Part shown: piece after piece, positions 1 through 9,347 of the stretch
Layout of the letters: each line of letters begins with the position of its first letter
How positions within the stretch are numbered: position 1 is the first letter of the stretch
Source of the DNA: Candidatus Nomurabacteria bacterium RIFCSPHIGHO2_02_FULL_42_19
GTDB lineage: Bacteria; Patescibacteriota; Minisyncoccia; Phycocordibacterales; UBA9973
Direction of reading: 5' to 3'
Assembly (NCBI GenBank): GCA_001785615.1
Contig: MFUG01000005.1
Coordinates: forward strand, 1-48,813
DNA length: 48,813 nt
The notes under the pieces: model-generated
Told to the model about the DNA's origin: nothing
The model's input: the letters and a program-made list of their open reading frames with translations, nothing else
Databases searched by the model: none
Made by a program: the position numbers and the translations under genes

Positions 1-350
1 CCCACAGTTGCCACCGGCACTCCGGAAGGCATACTGACGGTCGAGAAAAGAGAATCAAGCCCGTCCAAACTTTTTGTTTTTGTGGGTATGCCGATGACTG
101 GCAGGGTCGTTAAAGATGCTACCACTCCTGCTAAATGTGCCGCCCCGCCGGCGCCGGCAATTATTACTTTTACTCCGTGCAGAGGCGCGTTGGTGGCATA
201 TTTATGTACTAAATTAGGAGCGCGATGCGCCGAGGCGACTGTTATATCATAAGCTATTCCAAACTCCTCAAGTACCTTCGCGGCTTCAGACATAACCTCT
301 AAATCCGAATCGGAACCCATGATTATCCCGACTTTGATATTCTTTTTCAT
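1..350 (-). CDS. purE: N5-carboxyaminoimidazole ribonucleotide mutase PurE, C-terminus cut by window edge
   Basis: Hand translation of the minus strand from ATG 350-348 gives [48 protein letters not shown]...[18 protein letters not shown], the PurE signature. It is missing from the ORF track because it runs off the window. Confidence 0.85.
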   Translation of the reverse strand, partial: MKKNIKVGIIMGSDSDLEVMSEAAKVLEEFGIAYDITVASAHRAPNLVHKYATNAPLHGVKVIIAGAGGAAHLAGVVASLTTLPVIGIPTKTKSLDGLDSLFSTVSMPSGVPVATV

Positions 351-362
351 TAGTCCATCTTA

Positions 363-1661
363 TTATTTTTTACCCTCTAAAGCAAGCGCTTTTTGGCCGA
401 TGTCTTTACGATATTGCATTCCCTCAAAAGAAATTTTCCCTATGGCTTTGTAGGCGTTGCCCAGTGCTTCCTTTAAAGTATTACCTGTAGCGCTAACACC
501 CAGCACCCTTCCACTATTAGTTGTGAGGCCTTGCCTCACAACTTTAGTGCCAGCATGAAAGATCACTATATCTGGCTCTTTTGCCGCGTCTTCAATGCCA
601 GAAATTACTTTCCCCTTTTCATATTTACCTGGATAACCGCCGGAGGCCAAAGCAATATTGCAAGCGAATTGTTTTTTCCATTTGATTTCTTGGTTCTCAA
701 GTCCCCCATCAATGCTTGCTTCAATAAGGTCTAACAAGTCAGAATCAAGTAGCCGCATGTAAACTTGTGTTTCCGGGTCGCCAAAGCGCGCATTAAATTC
801 AAAGACCTTCGGGCCCTCATCGGTCAACATTATTCCTGGATATAAAATTCCTACGAATGGCCTGCCTTCTTCGGCCATACCCTCGATAGCTGGTTTTACA
901 ATTTTCTTTTCAATGCGGGAGAGGAGCGTGCTATTTACGAATGGTAACGGCGCTACTACTCCCATGCCTCCGGTATTGGGACCGGCATCGTCGTCATAAA
1001 CGCGCTTGTGATCTTGCGATGCCGGAAAAATTTTCCACGATTTTCCGTCTGAAAGCGCGTGAATAGAAATTTCTGTGCCTTCTAAAAATTCTTCGATCAC
1101 AACTTCATTGCCGGAAGCGCCAAAAACTTTACCCACTAAGATTTTATGGAGCGCCTCAATTGCTTTTTCTTTTGTTTGCGCAACCGTTACTCCCTTGCCA
1201 AGCGCAAGCCCGCTTGCCTTAACCACGACGGGTACTGGTCCTTTTTCTATATAAATTTTTGCTTTTTCAAAGTTATTAAAGACCTCATGTCGGGCCGTTG
1301 GAATATTATGTCTTTTCATGAAGTCCTTGGCATACGCTTTTGACCACTCGAGTTCTGCCGCGGCCCGGGTCGGACCCCAAATACGGAGACCAGCTTTTTG
1401 AAATTCGTCTACTACCCCCTGCGCCAATGGGTCATCCGGAAGCGCTAAAGTAATATCAATTTTTTCCCGTTTTGCAAATTCAATTAATTTTGAGATATCT
1501 GTGGCAGAAATATTAATATTTTTTCCTAGTTCGGCAGTACCACCGTTTCCGGGAGCAAAGAAAATCTCTCTTGCTCGTTCTTCTTGCGCTATCTTCCAGC
1601 CGATCGCATGCTCCCTGCCTCCCCCGCCAATTATTAAAATTTTCTGTTTTTTTTCTACCAT
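363..1661 (-). CDS. purD: phosphoribosylamine-glycine ligase
   Basis: 432-aa ORF with N-terminal ILIIGGGGREHA and an ATP-grasp body (FNARFGDPE). It lies in the pur cluster. Confidence 0.95.
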   Translation of the reverse strand: MVEKKQKILIIGGGGREHAIGWKIAQEERAREIFFAPGNGGTAELGKNINISATDISKLIEFAKREKIDITLALPDDPLAQGVVDEFQKAGLRIWGPTRAAAELEWSKAYAKDFMKRHNIPTARHEVFNNFEKAKIYIEKGPVPVVVKASGLALGKGVTVAQTKEKAIEALHKILVGKVFGASGNEVVIEEFLEGTEISIHALSDGKSWKIFPASQDHKRVYDDDAGPNTGGMGVVAPLPFVNSTLLSRIEKKIVKPAIEGMAEEGRPFVGILYPGIMLTDEGPKVFEFNARFGDPETQVYMRLLDSDLLDLIEASIDGGLENQEIKWKKQFACNIALASGGYPGKYEKGKVISGIEDAAKEPDIVIFHAGTKVVRQGLTTNSGRVLGVSATGNTLKEALGNAYKAIGKISFEGMQYRKDIGQKALALEGKK

Positions 1662-1679
1662 GATTTTCGTTCTAATGTT

Positions 1680-2285
1680 CTAACGAACTTTAGAACATAG
1701 TTTCTCTAGGACCTCCACGTATAACTGATTTTCTTTTTTCTTTAGGCGGGCGTATAGCGACTCAACTGTATCGTTAACCATAATTTTTTCATATGTTCTT
1801 CCTAAAACCGGACCAAAATCAAAGTCCAAAGTTAAAAAATGTATCGAAGAGCCGGCATAAGTGCTCTTTTCGTCCAGAAAATTTTGAATGGCCTTGGTGG
1901 TAAGCATGCCTTTATTCCAGAGTGCCTCTGTGCCGTCGGGATTTTTAACTTTCCCAGCAACTGTGTCCGGGATTAACCCAGGGTGCAAATTCAAAATTTT
2001 ATTTGGATACACTAGAATAACCTCGTCTAAAATAATTTGTTTCCAACCAGTGAGGGCTATATAGTCGGGGTTTATTTTTTGTAAAAGTGGCAAGAGCTCC
2101 TCCTTCGCTCCACAAATTTCTATTTTTAGTTTGTGCGCTTTTGCGTGTTCTAGCCCTAAAGCATTTGGAGTGTCGGAAATTACCGCGCAAATTTCTGCTT
2201 TGATTCTGCCTTTTTCAATCCCGTCAATGATGGCCAGGAGATTAGTGCCGGCGCCAGTATTGGAAATAAGAATTGCTATCTGCAT
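1680..2285 (-). CDS. purN: phosphoribosylglycinamide formyltransferase
   Basis: 201 aa with formyltransferase motifs (ILNLHPGLIP). It sits between purF and purD. Confidence 0.9.
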   Translation of the reverse strand: MQIAILISNTGAGTNLLAIIDGIEKGRIKAEICAVISDTPNALGLEHAKAHKLKIEICGAKEELLPLLQKINPDYIALTGWKQIILDEVILVYPNKILNLHPGLIPDTVAGKVKNPDGTEALWNKGMLTTKAIQNFLDEKSTYAGSSIHFLTLDFDFGPVLGRTYEKIMVNDTVESLYARLKKKENQLYVEVLEKLCSKVR

Positions 2286-2294
2286 GAGTTGATT

Positions 2295-3704
2295 TTACTC
2301 CTTAGGTACGTCATAGTTTATTTCCTTAGCGCGTTCATGAATATCGATTGGATATACCCCGTCAAAAGAAGAAAGTGAAAGGCGCTCCTTCGGCAATTCG
2401 GTGGCTTCAATCATTCCGGGAATAGAGAGATAGGAGAGCGATGTAGCCCCTAGAAATTTACAGATTTCTTTTATGGTCTTCTTTGACCCTATCAATTCGT
2501 TTTGTTTAGGAGTATCAATGCCATAAAAGTCAGGAAACTTTATCGGCGCAGAACTTACCAAGAAGTGAACTTCTTTCGCGCCGGCTTCAAAAAGCATTTT
2601 TACGATTTGCTTGCTAGTGGTACCACGCACGATGGAGTCATCCATTACGGCGATACGTTTACCACGAATCACGTTTTGCAGTGGGGTAAGTTTTAGTTTC
2701 ACTTTTTCTTCGCGCACTTCTTGAATCGGCTCGATGAAAGTGCGATTAATATAACGATTTTTAGAAATAGCCATTTCAAATAAAATGCCTGATTCTTCAG
2801 CATAGCCCATGGCCGCGGAGATGGCGGTGTCGGGCACTGGAATTACCATATCCACATCTATTTTGTGCTCGCGCGCCAGCATCTTGCCGAGATTTTTTCT
2901 TACTTCATATACCAATTTACCAGCAATAACACTATCGTATCTAGCAAAGTAAACATATTCAAAGATATCAAGCTTAGGATCTGCCTTGGCCAGGATTCTG
3001 CTTTCTATTCCCTTCTTGGTTATAACTACCATTTCCCCGGGCTCAACTTCTCTTATAAATTTTGCTCCGATTGTCTCTAGGGCGCATGTTTCAGAAGAGA
3101 CGATTGTCTGCTTGCCTTTTTTACCGAGGACAAGCGGCCTAATACCGCAAGGGTCGCGAAAAGCGACCAGAGTATCGAGTCCAAGGGCTACGCAAGAAAA
3201 TGCTCCGGTGAAAAGCGGATAAGCCGCGGCTACCGCGTCCGGCAATGTTTTACCCCTTTTCATATAAAGACCTATCGCTCCGGTCATCAGTTTTGAGTCC
3301 GAATAATTCTCGGTTATTTCATTATTGCTTTTTAGAAAATCAATTAGGGCCTTTACGCTGGGCAAGTTGCCATTGTGTCCGAGCGCAAAAAGGTTGTCAT
3401 AGACAAATGGTTGGGCGTATTCAACTTCTAGGCCGGAAGAAGTTGAATAGCGATTGTGTCCGATTGCCGCGAAGCCCGGCAATTTGGTCAGAATTTCTTC
3501 AGTATAAATTTGGCTTACTAACCCTGCATCTTTATGTAAACGTAGTTTCTTGCTGTCGGTCGTGGCAATGCCGGAGTGTTCCTGTCCGCGGTGCTGAAGG
3601 GAAAACAGGCCGAAATACGTTTCCCTGGCAATGTCTGTAGGCGAAGAAGTCCCATTTCCAAAAATTCCAAAGACCGCGCATTTCTCGTTTAGATCTTTTT
3701 TCAT
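2295..3704 (-). CDS. purF: amidophosphoribosyltransferase
   Basis: 469 aa. An Ntn cysteine follows a short propeptide (MKKDLNEK-CAVFGIFG), and the PRTase motif VMDDSIVRGTT is present. Confidence 0.95.
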   Translation of the reverse strand: MKKDLNEKCAVFGIFGNGTSSPTDIARETYFGLFSLQHRGQEHSGIATTDSKKLRLHKDAGLVSQIYTEEILTKLPGFAAIGHNRYSTSSGLEVEYAQPFVYDNLFALGHNGNLPSVKALIDFLKSNNEITENYSDSKLMTGAIGLYMKRGKTLPDAVAAAYPLFTGAFSCVALGLDTLVAFRDPCGIRPLVLGKKGKQTIVSSETCALETIGAKFIREVEPGEMVVITKKGIESRILAKADPKLDIFEYVYFARYDSVIAGKLVYEVRKNLGKMLAREHKIDVDMVIPVPDTAISAAMGYAEESGILFEMAISKNRYINRTFIEPIQEVREEKVKLKLTPLQNVIRGKRIAVMDDSIVRGTTSKQIVKMLFEAGAKEVHFLVSSAPIKFPDFYGIDTPKQNELIGSKKTIKEICKFLGATSLSYLSIPGMIEATELPKERLSLSSFDGVYPIDIHERAKEINYDVPKE

Positions 3705-4477
3705 TTATTAAAGTAATTAATGGCGTTTCTAAAAATAATAATCCCCACTCCTCCCTCCTCCAATTTTCCTTCTTTTTTATTTTGATTTTTTCTAATTTGC
3801 CACAATGGACTCTGGTGGGCAAACGTTGCTCGCTCCGGGTGCGGCATAAGTCCGAGCACTCTCCCATTATATGCGTTTACGCCCGCAATGTCATGTTGCG
3901 AGCCATTTGGATTTGCTCCCAGGTTTTGGAATTTACAAATATCTCCTTTGGCGTAAGTGAAGGCGACTTGCCCTTTTTTCTTCATACTTTTATATTCTTT
4001 GGGGCTGATAACGTACCTGCCTTCACCATGCGCTATGGGAATTGAAAGCTGTTTTACCCCCTTAAGCCATGGACTGTTTCCTTCCACCTTCAAGTCAACC
4101 CAACGGTCAAGGTATTTCCCGCCACTGTTGTATGTAAGCGCGCCGGGTAAAATTCCTAAGTTGGTTATAATTTGGAATCCATTACAAATACCGATGGTTA
4201 AAGTGTCGCGTGTTAAAAATTCTTCCAGCTCTTTCGCTAAATGATTTTTGAATTTGTTAGCATAGGCCTTGCCGCTGCCGGTGTCATCTCCATAAGAAAA
4301 CCCGCCCGGGAAAGCCATGATTTGATAATCATTTAACAGTCCTGGACTCGCCACAAGATCATTAATGTGTACAATATCCGCCACACCTCCAGCCCGCTCA
4401 AAAGCGAATTTTGTTTCCTCTTCGCAGTTAAGCCCGTACCCCGACATTATTATTATTTTTGGTTTTTTATTTTTCAT
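3701..4477 (-). CDS. purQ: phosphoribosylformylglycinamidine synthase, glutaminase subunit
   Basis: 258 aa class-I amidotransferase (GICNGFQ nucleophile elbow, MPHPER). It overlaps purL and purF by 4 nt at each end. Confidence 0.9.
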   Translation of the reverse strand: MKNKKPKIIIMSGYGLNCEEETKFAFERAGGVADIVHINDLVASPGLLNDYQIMAFPGGFSYGDDTGSGKAYANKFKNHLAKELEEFLTRDTLTIGICNGFQIITNLGILPGALTYNSGGKYLDRWVDLKVEGNSPWLKGVKQLSIPIAHGEGRYVISPKEYKSMKKKGQVAFTYAKGDICKFQNLGANPNGSQHDIAGVNAYNGRVLGLMPHPERATFAHQSPLWQIRKNQNKKEGKLEEGGVGIIIFRNAINYFNK

Positions 4478-7392
4478 TTCATTGATTCAGAAAAACTGTG
4501 ATAAATGGTGTAAAGTTTTTTCACATCCGTATCCACGACTTTTTTTGTGTCGATAATTATCATTTTCCCATTTTTCGAGACCATGCCTAGCCGCGCACAT
4601 GAAGTTCCTCTCATTATCTTTTCAAATTTCTTTGTATTTTCCGGTGCGACAGAAACAAGAATTCTTCCTTGGCTTTCAGAAAAGAGTTTGGCATCTAACG
4701 ATTTTATTCTTCCTGGCAAGTCCTTAATTGAGATATCACACCCCACCATTCCACCTACAGAGGCCTTGGCAAGCGCGATTCCGAGCCCTCCAGAAGTAAC
4801 TGAAAGCGAGGAAGCCAGTAATTCTTGCTCTATAGCATGCTCTAAAGCAAGATAGGTCTTTAAGTTTTTCTTTAGATCCACTTTCGGCACAGTACTGCCA
4901 ATCCGTGAGCTTTTTTCTTTCGCGGCTAAAAATTTATAGTACACAGAGGCGCCAAGCTCTTCGTGTGTTTCTCCTAGTAAATAAATTATGTCACCCGAGT
5001 TCTTAAATTCCGGTGAAACGATTTTATAAATGTTTTTTATCACCCCAATAGTAGAGATAAGGAGAGTCGGTGGAATAGAAATTTTAATCGGTTTGCCTTT
5101 TTCATTATAACCCTGAAAGTCGTTAAACATACTGTCTTTTCCAGAAATAAATGGGGTGCCGTAACCGACAGCATAGTCATAGCAAGCCCGCACCGCGTCT
5201 ACAAGCTCAGCCAGACGCTTTTTATCATATGATGAGCACCAACAGAAGTTGTCTAAAATGGCTAGGTGGGTGAGCTTGCCGCCGGCACAAATTGCATTTC
5301 TAACTGCGGTGTCTAAAGAGCAGGCCGCCATATGGTAAGTATTAATGTCGGAATATGAAGGCGTCAGACCGGATGATAAGATTACTCCTTGGGGTGAAGA
5401 CAAAACCGGCTTGAAAACCTGCGCATCGGTATTGATGCGACCTCGGCCAGAGAGGGGCTTCAATACCGAGGACGCCTGTACTTCGTGGTCGTATTGCTCG
5501 GAGATGAACGAAAATCCGCTGACATTATTGTTGGAAAACAAGTCCTCTAAGATTTTTGTCCGGGCAGATCCGATTGGTAATTTAGGATTAGAATATTTAT
5601 GAATCGAAGGTGTGGTAGTAAGATTTTTTTTAGGCAAACCATTATGTAAAAATTCAAGTTCCAAATCCATAATGATCCTGTTTTCATAAGAAACCACACA
5701 CCTTCCAGAGTCAGTGAATTCTCCTATCATGGTCGCTTCCACGCCACGCCTCTCCATCAGGGCCTTAAATACCTCCCACTTTTTTTTAGGTATTGCTAGA
5801 GTCATTCGCTCCTGTGATTCGGAAATCCATATTTCCCAAGGCCGTAACCCAGGATATTTAAGCGGCACTTTCTCCAAAAACACTTTCGCCCCATTGCACT
5901 CCTTAGCCATTTCGGCCACAGAGCAAGAAAGCCCCCCAGCGCCGTTGTCAGTGATGCTATTGTATAAATTCATTGCTCGCGCTTCTTTTATGATGGCGTC
6001 GCTAAATTTCTTTTGAGTAATAGGGTCGCCAATTTGCACCGCGGTGGCCGGAGAATTTGAGTCCATCGCGACCGAAGAAAAGGTGGCGCCGTGTATACCG
6101 TCTGCCCCGACCCTGCCACCGACAACCACGACATAGTCCCCTGCCAGGGCCTCCTTTTCGTGCGAAAGTCGATCATTTATTTTTCTTGGAATAAGCCCGA
6201 CCGTGCCGGCAAAAACCAACGGCTTGGCCCGATAGCGATTGTCAAATTTTAGAAAACCGGAAAGAGTTGGAATGCCGGAACAATTTCCTCCCACATTAAT
6301 ACCCTTTATCGCTCCGTCCATAATTCTTTTTGGCAACATTGTCGGCTGGGTGAGATTTTTATCGGCAAAAAACTTTTTTTCATCCTTCGGTTCTCCAAAA
6401 CAAAAACCGTAAGTATTGGCTACCGGTTTAGCGCCTAAACCAAATCCGATGGTGTCGCGATTTACTCCCACAATTCCGGTCATGGCGCCACCGTAGGGGT
6501 CGAGCGCCGAAGGACTGTTATGCGTTTCTACTTTATGAGTGATTAAAAATTCGTCGTCAAAAATAATGCCACCGGCGTTGTCTGAAAAGACCGAAACGCA
6601 AAAATCGTCATTACCTTTTTCCCTGCGAATTAAATTGGTCGCGCCCTTAATGTAAGTTTTATACAAACCGTCTTTAATATCATCAATGGGATTTGCAAAA
6701 ATAGTGTGTTTGCAGTGTTCCGACCAGGTCTGCGCCAAGGATTCAAGCTCAATATCACTCGGGTCTCTTTCTAATTTTATAAAATATTCCTGAATGGTCT
6801 TCATGGACTCCAGGTCTAAAGCCAAAGGGCCCCTGCGGGTCCTTGTATCTATGTCCATAATTCCTTCTTTACCGATTCTAGTTAACTCTTCGTCTGGCAC
6901 AGAGAGTGGCACGCCCATAACAGGAGTACTTTTTCTTAAAACTACTTCGGGTACGTCTAAAAAAAGGTTTCTGTTTTTGGGAAAACCTTTAATACTCGTA
7001 ATATTAGACGTTTCAATCAGAGGATTGTAGAGCGAAGAAGCAATTTTCTTTACCCGGTCTATTTTCATAGAACTGGAAATTAAAAATAATTTGGAAGAGT
7101 AAACATTAAGATTGGGAGAGTCCTCTAGATGCAGCAAGTCCAGGATTGTTTCTTTCGCGGTGTGTCCCACATTGTCCGTCACTCCCGGCTTCAAGCCAAT
7201 CTCAATAACGTAGTTAAAGGACTTTACTTTAGGTATTGCGTTGATAGAAAATATTTCAATAATTGGATTAGTGAGTGAACGCGCAATCTTAAAGAGTGAA
7301 TCGCCCGGGAGCTCGTGTTCTATGAGATATGAAGTAATAATTTCCGTACCTGAGACCTTCCCTTTTTGCGCCACGTATACCCTTGAAATCAT
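4474..7392 (-). CDS. purL: phosphoribosylformylglycinamidine synthase subunit PurL with N-terminal PurS-like repeats (PurS-PurL fusion)
   Basis: 972 aa. The PurL core starts near residue 165 (WSEHCKHTIF, DNGAGG). The extra N-terminus of about 160 aa has PurS-like segments (LKPGVTDNVGHTAKE). Confidence 0.9.
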   Translation of the reverse strand: MISRVYVAQKGKVSGTEIITSYLIEHELPGDSLFKIARSLTNPIIEIFSINAIPKVKSFNYVIEIGLKPGVTDNVGHTAKETILDLLHLEDSPNLNVYSSKLFLISSSMKIDRVKKIASSLYNPLIETSNITSIKGFPKNRNLFLDVPEVVLRKSTPVMGVPLSVPDEELTRIGKEGIMDIDTRTRRGPLALDLESMKTIQEYFIKLERDPSDIELESLAQTWSEHCKHTIFANPIDDIKDGLYKTYIKGATNLIRREKGNDDFCVSVFSDNAGGIIFDDEFLITHKVETHNSPSALDPYGGAMTGIVGVNRDTIGFGLGAKPVANTYGFCFGEPKDEKKFFADKNLTQPTMLPKRIMDGAIKGINVGGNCSGIPTLSGFLKFDNRYRAKPLVFAGTVGLIPRKINDRLSHEKEALAGDYVVVVGGRVGADGIHGATFSSVAMDSNSPATAVQIGDPITQKKFSDAIIKEARAMNLYNSITDNGAGGLSCSVAEMAKECNGAKVFLEKVPLKYPGLRPWEIWISESQERMTLAIPKKKWEVFKALMERRGVEATMIGEFTDSGRCVVSYENRIIMDLELEFLHNGLPKKNLTTTPSIHKYSNPKLPIGSARTKILEDLFSNNNVSGFSFISEQYDHEVQASSVLKPLSGRGRINTDAQVFKPVLSSPQGVILSSGLTPSYSDINTYHMAACSLDTAVRNAICAGGKLTHLAILDNFCWCSSYDKKRLAELVDAVRACYDYAVGYGTPFISGKDSMFNDFQGYNEKGKPIKISIPPTLLISTIGVIKNIYKIVSPEFKNSGDIIYLLGETHEELGASVYYKFLAAKEKSSRIGSTVPKVDLKKNLKTYLALEHAIEQELLASSLSVTSGGLGIALAKASVGGMVGCDISIKDLPGRIKSLDAKLFSESQGRILVSVAPENTKKFEKIMRGTSCARLGMVSKNGKMIIIDTKKVVDTDVKKLYTIYHSFSESMK

Positions 7393-7439
7393 ATTAGTAT
7401 AGTATAATATGTTAAGGTTAAAGACAACAAAAAGAAAAT

Positions 7440-8417
7440 ATGATGAAGAATATAGTCACCGTAGGAGGAGGCACTGGAAGCTATACCATTCTCTCTGGCT
7501 TAAAAAACTTAAAAGACGTATCTTTAACCGCCCTTGTGTCCATGGCCGACGATGGCGGATCTACAGGGGTACTTCGGGACGAACTAGGGGTACTGCCCCC
7601 TGGAGACGTGAGGCAGTGCCTTGTTGCGCTCTCAGAGCATAGCGACATAATGCGAAAACTTATGAATTACAGGTTTGAAAATGGCGGTCTGGGGGGTCAC
7701 AATTTTGGAAATATTCTTCTTACAGCTCTTGAAAAAGTGACTGGAGATTTTGCCAAAGGGGTAGAAGTCGCCTCAGAAATTATGAAAGTGAGAGGTAAAG
7801 TAGTACCTATAACTACCAGCCCCGCAGAACTAAGTGTCCTTTTGTCTAATGGTAAAGTTCTAGATGGTGAAAATGAAATTCAAGGTGCTGCGTTACAGGA
7901 ATATGGTTTAGAAAAAATATTTTACAAAAATAATGTTACCTTAAATCCTCACGCAAGGGACGCTATACTAAATGCAAACGTAATTATTTTAGGCCCTGGA
8001 AATTATTATTGTTCAGTAATACCAAATCTGATCGTAAGTGGTTTTAAGGAAGCAATAAAAAAAAGCAAGGCAAAAATAATTTTCCCCGTAAACCTTACTA
8101 ATAAAATGGAACATACCGAAAATTGGAAAGTAAGTGATTACGTACGAGATATTGAAAAATACTTGGGTAAAAAAGTGGATTTTATTTTGGTAAATAGTGA
8201 AAAGCCATCGGAAGAACAAAGAAACTACTATGAGCTTGAAGAAGGAAAAGGTGTCTTAGTTCATGATGACATGGAAGACCCCAGAGTAGTAAAAAGTCAC
8301 CTTCTTTCAAATGTAATATTCAAACCGCAATATGACGAGCAGATGAAGGCAACACGTGGATTTATTCGTCACGATTCGGAAAAATTTACCCAGTGCGTTA
8401 ATAAAATAATAACATGA
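7440..8417 (+). CDS. YvcK/CofD-family protein (gluconeogenesis factor / 2-phospho-L-lactate transferase-like)
   Basis: 325 aa with VTVGGGTGSYTILSGLK and MADDGGSTGVLRDELGVLPPGDVRQC, typical of UPF0052/YvcK. Confidence 0.8.
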   Translation: MMKNIVTVGGGTGSYTILSGLKNLKDVSLTALVSMADDGGSTGVLRDELGVLPPGDVRQCLVALSEHSDIMRKLMNYRFENGGLGGHNFGNILLTALEKVTGDFAKGVEVASEIMKVRGKVVPITTSPAELSVLLSNGKVLDGENEIQGAALQEYGLEKIFYKNNVTLNPHARDAILNANVIILGPGNYYCSVIPNLIVSGFKEAIKKSKAKIIFPVNLTNKMEHTENWKVSDYVRDIEKYLGKKVDFILVNSEKPSEEQRNYYELEEGKGVLVHDDMEDPRVVKSHLLSNVIFKPQYDEQMKATRGFIRHDSEKFTQCVNKIIT

Positions 8418-9019
8418 AATATATTTTTGATTTTGATGACGTACTGTTCAATAACACTTCCCAATTCAAACCACACATGTATGAAGTGCTAGTGGATGCT
8501 GGAGTGCCTCTTGACGAAGCACGAGCGTATTATGAAGAAAAAAGAAAAAAAGAATTTTCATTGCGCAAATTTATAACTACCTTATTTTCTCGCCACGATG
8601 AAATTAAAAATAATGTAGAAGAGACGTATCAAGAAATAATGAGAGAATGTTCTAATTTTATAAATACCCAACTTTTAGAAGCAGTAAGGAGAATCGGTAG
8701 AGAAAACTGCTATATTGTCACGTATGGCGATAAAGAGTTTCAAAGAGATAAAATAAAGTATAGTGGAATTTTTAATTTATTTGATAAAAATAAAATTTAT
8801 CCAGTCACCGAAAGTAAGACAGAAACTATAAAAAAAATTTGTAAGGAAAATGCTGTGCACGAAGTGGTTTTTATCGATGATAAAATGCCTCACATAAAGG
8901 GTGTCGAAGAAGATATAAATAAAAAGGATTACCCAAACTTAACCACGATTCATTATAAGGACTTTGAGAGTTTGATGAGAGAAAAAGGTGTTGTTTCAGA
9001 ACTTAAAGGGCCCAGGTAG
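8414..9019 (+). CDS. HAD-superfamily hydrolase-like protein
   Basis: 201 aa with an N-terminal DxDxV/T motif (IFDFDDVLF) and a late FIDD motif. Its ATGA start overlaps the yvcK stop. Confidence 0.55.
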   Translation: MKYIFDFDDVLFNNTSQFKPHMYEVLVDAGVPLDEARAYYEEKRKKEFSLRKFITTLFSRHDEIKNNVEETYQEIMRECSNFINTQLLEAVRRIGRENCYIVTYGDKEFQRDKIKYSGIFNLFDKNKIYPVTESKTETIKKICKENAVHEVVFIDDKMPHIKGVEEDINKKDYPNLTTIHYKDFESLMREKGVVSELKGPR

Positions 9020-9074
9020 GTATCTTGTCTTTTGTCGTTGATACTGTCATACTTAATGGTTGAAGGAGTTCCCC

Positions 9075-9296
9075 ATGAACATCGTCTCCCCGAAGTACGA
9101 GCCAGATTTCTTCACGGATGACGAACTGCTGGAGACCCAAAAAATCCTCAGCATGAACGGCACGATACACACCGTCGATGGGAAAGTGACAGTGGTCCTT
9201 CCCATCGGCCACGGTTTTCTCGAGGTTAGCGGCATGTCTCTTGGTGATGCGTGTCGGGTTGCTTTCGCAACCCTGAACACGGTACGAGAGAACTAG
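9075..9296 (+). CDS. GC-rich orphan small protein (73 aa), island A
   Basis: ATG 9075 follows GAAGGAG (9062-9068) with a 6-nt spacer. The ORF is 52-57% GC on two hand-counted lines. A stem-loop follows. The track start 9060 is a TTG that overlaps this GAAGGAG, so it has no SD of its own. Confidence 0.55.
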   Translation: MNIVSPKYEPDFFTDDELLETQKILSMNGTIHTVDGKVTVVLPIGHGFLEVSGMSLGDACRVAFATLNTVREN

Positions 9297-9313
9297 CCCC
9301 CATCGTGTTCCAT

Positions 9314-9340
9314 GTGCCGGAGAGTTCAACTCTCCGGCAC
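9314..9340. terminator. 11-bp GC-rich stem-loop between convergent island A ORF and purA
   Basis: GTGCCGGAGAG-TTCAA-CTCTCCGGCAC forms a perfect stem, 18 nt after the island A stop and 8 nt before the purA stop. Confidence 0.6.
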
Positions 9341-9347
9341 CCACATT

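Noticed and set aside
7409-7642. 77-aa ORF starting right after the TATAAT at 7403-7408, out of frame with yvcK.
   Set aside because: It is an Arg-rich nonsense-like product overlapping the well-conserved YvcK N-terminus.
8415-8417. Possibility of an alternative genetic code (UGA reassigned, as in some candidate phyla).
   Set aside because: TGA functions as the stop of yvcK in an ATGA overlap. tRNA-Trp has a CCA anticodon, not UCA. All conserved genes read through cleanly with the standard code.
9003-9344. 113-aa and 75-aa minus-strand ORFs across island A.
   Set aside because: They are antisense shadows of the SD-led plus-strand ORF, with no SD or promoter, and they would run into the HAD gene end.
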